From Girardia tigrina (taxonomy: Eukaryota): DNA of 59,305 nt. The DNA is taken from the NCBI GenBank assembly GCA_001938485.1, contig MQRK01243359.1, forward strand, positions 1-59,305, in the 5' to 3' direction. Below are positions 53,460 to 59,305 of this stretch, piece by piece. Numbering within the stretch: the stretch's first letter is position 1; each line of letters starts with the position of its first letter. Position numbers and translations under genes: made by a program. The notes under the pieces were generated by a model. It saw nothing but the letters and a program-made list of their open reading frames with translations, ran no database searches and had not been told where the DNA came from.

Positions 53460-53815
53460 AATCTATCAGACCAAACTGAATTTCCACTGTTTCGATGTTT
53501 GTCACGCGTACCGCGTTTACTGTCCTCGTTCGGCAACCCATGAGTTGATGAGAAGCGGTGTGGCTTCTAAACAGTGAGGAACGATTGAGTCTAAATGGAT
53601 CTCGAAAACGCGTGACTCGCTCGTTCGCGGATCTCGTTGGTGTTGCAGCGGTGTCCGAAGCGGGCCGGAGAACGGTAATTGTAGGTTCGGAATCTGACGT
53701 CAACATTGCTGACTTGGGTGACCGATTACGAGTTTGAGTCGCCTGCATTGAATCAGTGTTTACTTCTGGCACCAGTGAAGTGGGAGTTTCCGTGGCGGTT
53801 CCCATTTGCAAAAAA
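53460..53815 (-). other. GC-rich coding-like island, S/T/P-rich open frame, unassigned
   Basis: Open minus-strand frame with sharp compositional boundaries. No motif recognised. Confidence 0.25.
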
Positions 53816-54874
53816 CAAGGAAAAGACAGAATCGAATACAAAATTTATTGATCACAAAATAAATTTTACACGATTTTTCGGCAGTTCGCTCACGGTTAAA
53901 AAATGTCTAAATTGGTTTGAATTTGGGACACTCGAATTATCTCCGTTGAAACATTAAAACAATTGTTTTCGTTTTTTTATTTACATATTTAATTTCATGT
54001 GGAAAAATTCTTGGGTCGATTGATTCCGATATTCTCTGTAAAAAAAACTTGTGGGAATTAAAATTTTTTAATTATTAAATAGTTTTGCGACAACAAAAAA
54101 ATATAACAAATTTAAATTACATTTAAATAATATTTAAATTTGTGAAAATTTTAGCGTGGTTTGATTTTTTTTGGAAATGTTCACTACAAATCTCATTAAA
54201 TTAATCTCATTAGATTTAAATAATTAGTCAATAACATATCAATCCCTGAGGAGAGTCACCAATCTAAATAGTATACAAACAACGAACTTACAATATTCAG
54301 AATTTTTCCTCAGAATATAAATGGTAATTTTATCAAAAAATCTATTGATAAAATATCTTTTAAATATACTCTTCTTTTATAAAATATGATTTCTTAATAT
54401 CGTTGTAAACCAATTTTATATTTTATCAAAAATTGTCTTCAGCATCTTTACAATTACAAATGCATTTTTCATTACGTTTTTGCTAAATTAATGGTTTCAT
54501 TTTTAAAGAGAAAAAATATCGGAATATAATTAATCTCGAATAGAATTTCAAAGAATATCTAATTTCTTAATGTTCAAATCAAATGACAATGAGATAACAA
54601 TAAAATTAATAATAATTAAAATAATAACAGTACTAATAATAATAATAATCTGTAATTAGTTTAATTTACCAAAAACAATAACGGTCAAGTACCTAAGTAT
54701 TTTATGAATAAAAAGAAATACAAGTAAAACGCAAAATCGATGAATTTCTTAAAGTGAATACACATAATCCGATGCTCAATATCAACACGAGCGGCGTGAC
54801 ACAATAAAAATAAATAAAAATAATGACCTTCAATAAAAAAAGAATTTTAAAATAATAATATTAAAAATAATTAT

Positions 54875-56050
54875 TATTGTTGGTGCGAGAGCGAGTGCCG
54901 TGCGGTCGCGGGGCTCCGGTGCTGGGGATGTAGTGCATCTAGTTCGTGGGTGACGGGAACATAATGTAATCTCACCATAATTGCTGCCAATCGCTTTAAC
55001 CATATAGCTTCAAATTGCTCGTTCGTTTCATCGTGGATAATACAACATCGATAATTATCTCCACAATCGCAATTTTTGAATTTGAGCACAGAACGATGTA
55101 TAATATTTAAAATATCTAATCAGTGGTCGAAGGTATCTTTCACCATGAGCAAAAAGTCTTTTATATTCTCGAATACATGTCTTTAACGCAATTGTTACAA
55201 CTCTCGGCCTGCTCCAATAAAGAAATTTTCCCCATAACAATTGACGATGTCCAGTAATTCCACATCATCACCAAATACGAAAACTGAAATCTGCACAAGT
55301 CACAAATAATCCGAACAATCAACCGAATTGCTCCGCATGACTCAAACAATTGAAATCAAATTAACCAATTATTCCTATCTTTCTATCTATTTTTAAAAAA
55401 TCTTTTTTTAAGTATATAGCATTTAATTTATTTACTACAGAGGCTTTTTGTATCGGTTTTTTAATAGATTATTTATTATTAATTAATTTTTTTTAATCTA
55501 TATAATTTTTCCGCTTTTTTACATTAGGTAATTCTTTATTGTTACGTCATAAAGTCAAAACAAAAATATTTTTTACACATCAACGACTAAAACTGTTATT
55601 GTTAAATTCATCATCCATATGACTTGTTGTATTAGACGCCGAATTGTACTGGCAATTAGTTGATACAAACAATTTGCAAATTCCGAAAGACGATGGTTTA
55701 AATTTTAACACCCGACCGATTGGTGTTGGATAAAGTATTATTTTCGATTGCCGAATTATTGCTTTCGCTGCCAAGTTGACAGTGATTACGTGCTCCAGAT
55801 TTATTATTTCGACGTGAAGCATAAGTTGGAACTAATCCACGATATTCTATTTGTGTTCGATCGGACGAGACATGCTTTATGTTATAGAGGCTGAGCGATA
55901 AATTGAGAAATTTGTTAGCGAGTGCTGCAATCTTTCCAGAAAAAACTCGGAATTTCTGAGCCGAAGAAGTCTTGATACGAAAATATGAATGACGGCCAAT
56001 GACATCCCACATTTGAATTATCCTTGTACTCTCCTCCCCCGGGTGGATCG
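54875..56050 (-). other. Two GC-richer decayed coding-like islands (54875-55350, 55575-56050), unassigned
   Basis: Composition differs from the flanks and frames are stop-interrupted. No confident family. Confidence 0.2.
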
Positions 56051-56151
56051 ATCAATAATAATAATAACAATAATAATAATAATAATAATAATTGATAAAA
56101 TGAAATCCGATAATTTGTTTTGAAAACAAACCTCATCCATTAAAAATATAT

Positions 56152-56200
56152 TTAGAGATAATATATTTCGACGAATCAACTGTCATCTTCAGGTCACTAA
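56152..56200 (-). ncRNA. Minimal hammerhead ribozyme in the PLE pseudo-LTR (slightly decayed)
   Basis: TTAGTGAC-CTGAAGA-T-GAC(AGTTGATTC)GTC-GAAA-TATA-TT-ATCTCTAA. Stem I pairs 6/8; palindromic ATATAT stem III. Confidence 0.72.
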
Positions 56201-56898
56201 TTAATAATCAATTCACCTGTATATAAATACAAAAATGATGATTATGTAATCGATTGCATGAAATCATGCTACTCAAAAATTCTCAATAAGTTAGTTGAGA
56301 CTACCGATTGAACATTGATTTTAGGGCAATGTGACCTAATTAACAATGCTTCACACGATACTCTCTCCAATATCTATCAAAATGTTTACACAGAATTTTG
56401 AAATTATCAATATTAACATCACATTTACATTTTTCCTATGTTCAACAATATTACTCTTATTCTCTTTTTGACCATGTTCTTGAATTCGTTTACAGAGATG
56501 GCGGACAGTCTTTCCAATGTATGTGGCATCGCACCCATTACATTTATATTCATAAAAAATATTAGAACAAATTGTTAATGGTGTAATAGGTTTATTACTG
56601 AATATATTTTAAATTTTATGAGATCGTGATATAATTTTTAAATTTAATTCATTGTTAGTTGTTTTTTAACAATGCATTTTAAATCATTCAGAATAAGTTA
56701 CAATTAAACAATATTTAGGCATATTATTAGTATCCAATGATCCTTCGATTTCTTTCTTAGATAGATCAGGAGAAGCTAAAGTCTGATTTTTCGAAAAATC
56801 TTTCAAAAATATTTTATCTACTGTTTCCTTTATTAATTTTTCTAGAAAAGATTTCGAATAACCATTCTGTTTTAACAAAGAACTTAGTTTATTAATAC

Positions 56899-57720
56899 TG
56901 TGATACCTAATTTTAGTAAACAGACGGTATTCGATATTTTTGCGTGTATGTATTTCTTTTATTTCCCTCCTTTTGAAGGTACTTATTTACTTTGGTTATT
57001 TATATTTTCTTTCGTGTGTTCCTCTACTTTTATTATTGTACAACACTTGTGTCCTTTTACGAGTCACTGTAATGTTATTTTATTTTTTTATATCTTATCT
57101 GTTATGTCGGGTAATCTATGAGATTACCGAAGAAGTAAAGGAATTAAATGTCAGAAAAGAAAATGGTAATAAAGAATATAGAAAATTAAAGTCAAGAAGA
57201 AAGAAAAAAGAAAGACGATTGCGTTATCTAATTATTATAATTTATTATAATTCATATTTGAATATGAACTCAAATTTGTGATCGATTTACAAATTAATTA
57301 ATTAATTCTTAAGACATTTATTGTCTACAAATTTTTTTTCCAGAAGTATTTTGTAATGATAATTTGTCGTACGGCATAAATACTCACTGAATTACTTACT
57401 TACCGGTGACATCCCCAAAGTGACTTTGATTACGTTATTTATTTGTTATATAGTTTTACGACTGATTAAAGTGATTTTAATTAAGTGACTTTAATTACGA
57501 TATTTATTTGTTATACAGTTTTTCCGCTGATTAAAGTGTTTTCCTTGATATTATTTATTATTGAACTCTTATTATTTTATTTTATTACAGTCACTAAGGT
57601 AGCCTAATTCAATATCGTATTCTACATTGAGTTAGACTAGTTTAGCCTACTTGATTATCTTGGTCCTATAGTAAAAATAGAGACTTGGTCACAATTTCTG
57701 ATCTCTATTTTTAGAAACAC
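56899..57720. repeat. ~0.8-kb LTR-like insertion splitting the PLE thumb
   Basis: The PLE frame rejoins across it (VES|INKL). Starts TGTGA with TCACA at 57689-57693. Internal ~65-bp tandem duplication at 57418-57540. Confidence 0.5.
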
Positions 57721-57831
57721 TTTCTACAGATTTATCAAAAGTTGAAGACAGTTACCAGGAGCGATAAATTAAACATTTAATCATGTTTCTTTTATACTTA
57801 AGTTCATGAAAACTGTCATGTGAATTAAGAC

Positions 57832-58547
57832 ATAAAGGTACATAAAAATGAAATACCTTTAAGACGTTTTATCGATGATTAGAACGTCTAATGTTAGATA
57901 TGGTAACGAAGTATCTAGTTTCAAAATTAAAACCTTTATTATCATCTGAATTTTTATGTCGTGATAGTTTTGAATTTGCTGAGTTCATTTCTAATTATAA
58001 AGTACAGAATGAAGGTGAATTTATCGTTTCTTTTGACATCTATAGTTTATTTACAAATGTTCCTTTGGTTGAAACTTTGAATTTGTTTTGTGATCTATGA
58101 AAAAATAATCAGTCAGAACATCATATTGTCGACGAGATTGGGTTTCGTGAGTTATTAAGTTTTGCAATATCAAATGTTCATTTTCTTTTTAATAATGAGT
58201 GGTGTAAGCAAACTGATTGGATTACTATGGGTTCACCGTTAGCACCAACGTTAGCTTCTGTTTTTCTTTCAAAGATTGAAAATAAAATTAAATTGTTTAA
58301 TGGAAATCAACCTTTAGTATATATATATACATATACGATACGTTGATGATATATTTCTAGTTTTTAAAAATCAGGCTGATGTACTTCCATTTTTCAATTT
58401 TATGAATTCGTTACATTCAAATGTTTCTTTTACAAAGAAAATGAAAGAAAGTCTTACCTTTTCTGGATCTTTTGGTTGAAAGAAAATCTATTTGTTACGA
58501 TAATGAAATTTATAGGAAGCAAACTCATACAGGTTTATATACTTCAC
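57832..58547 (+). mobile_element. Penelope-like RT core, inverted relative to the adjacent 3' part
   Basis: KVHKNEIPLR, VSFDIYSLFTNVP, MGSPLAPTLA, RYVDDIF, LPFLDL, YRKQTHTGLY. Confidence 0.92.
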
Positions 58548-59019
58548 TTTGAAATCGTTTAACACTTTGTTCTTGTTAAGAGAACTCACACACTTGACAG
58601 AACATTTATTATATTCACAATTTCGATCATCTTTATGACGATCAATAGTATTACTTTCACTTAATTCCATCATTCAATGTTTTAATACTCCTCCTTACAA
58701 TCTGAACTAACTATTTTATTTTAAATATTTAATTTAAATTTTAACGGCTTAAATAAAATTACTTTTTACAATCATTTTTTTAACATTAATTTGATTTTAA
58801 TTATTTAAAAATTTATAAAAAGAAAATCAATAAAATTATTTAAAAGTTACAATAATAAAAATTAAATAGTTGAGTATCAAATCTAAATTGAAATAAATTA
58901 GTTTCAGATAATAATATTTAAAATATTAATCATCCATCTGATTAGGAAAGGCACAATCCCAAATCAACATACAACATTTAAACATGCACGCACTACACAA
59001 AAACATACACACATCAAAT

Positions 59020-59238
59020 ACTTCTCACAGTTCTGATATTGTTTATGAATATTAATGTAATGCGTGTGATGCCACATACATTGGAAAGACTACCCGCCAT
59101 CTCTGTAAACGAATTCAAGAACATGGTAGAAAAGAGAATAAGAGTAATATTGTTGAACATAGGAAAAAATGTAAATGAAATGTTAATATTGATAATTTCA
59201 AAATTCTGTGTAAACATTTTGATAGCTATTGGAGAGAG
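59020..59238 (+). mobile_element. PLE GIY-YIG fragment, same family as the 56380-56570 segment
   Basis: CNACDATYIGKTTRHLCKRIQEHGRKENKSNIVEH. Close reverse-complement match to 56380-56570. Confidence 0.9.
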
Positions 59239-59305
59239 TATAGTAGGGGAAAAATGGGCGTTCTCCACCACCCCGGGGGGGGGGTAACGGTTGCCATGGC
59301 AACGG
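59239..59305 (+). mobile_element. Probable terminus of a DNA transposon carrying a perfect palindrome GTTGCCATGGCAAC
   Basis: Abrupt switch from PLE coding sequence to TATAGTAGGGGAAAAATGGGC. Palindrome at 59290-59303. Confidence 0.4.

Larger units (their letters stand above)
56140..57824 (-). mobile_element. Penelope-like 3' part (thumb, linker, GIY-YIG, pseudo-LTR)
   Basis: SHDSFHELKYKRNMIKCLIYR, INKLSSLLKQNGYS, CDATYIGKTVRHLCKRIQEH, then a hammerhead. Confidence 0.88.

Noticed and set aside
53143-53841. 232-aa ORF as a single gene
   Set aside because: It runs from a GC-rich island through an AT-rich tract into the gypsy LTR/PBS, so it is a composite read-through.
55160-55350. CDLCRFQF suggesting a RING-CH (MARCH) domain
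   Set aside because: The remaining zinc ligands are absent and another frame is equally plausible.
55960-56020. IQMWDVIGRHSYFRIKTSS resembling a small-GTPase G3 region
   Set aside because: No P-loop or NKxD motif nearby.
1-59305. Minus-strand bias of transposon remnants (about 17 versus 9) suggesting a uni-strand piRNA cluster
   Set aside because: The bias is modest and compatible with chance; small-RNA data would be needed.

Overview
AT-rich eukaryotic (metazoan, probably invertebrate) draft scaffold with six N-gaps. Short GT-AG introns and the transposon repertoire would fit something like a flatworm, but that is inference only. No intact host gene, rRNA, tRNA or CRISPR array is visible. 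The window is a nested transposon graveyard: Ty3/gypsy LTR elements, four Penelope-like (PLE) loci, RTE, three mariners, Tc1, two inverted ITmD37E copies, an IS630/Gambol-like element with DD27E spacing, a complete Chapaev3 (TIR, TAA TSD, intron), MULEs, pogo, piggyBac, and hAT/piggyBac/Tigger MITEs. The least-explained signals are: (i) GC-richer, intronless host-gene fragments (CRAL-TRIO, PPP1R3/Gbs-76A-like, ERM, importin-11-like, SLC25), some apparently stitched head-to-tail into multi-gene mosaics; (ii) two minimal hammerhead ribozymes of the PLE type; (iii) a clean twin-priming-like inversion within one PLE; (iv) a zinc-finger retroelement fragment bounded by a perfect 12-bp direct repeat. 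All protein-family calls come from manual translation and motif recognition, not database searches.
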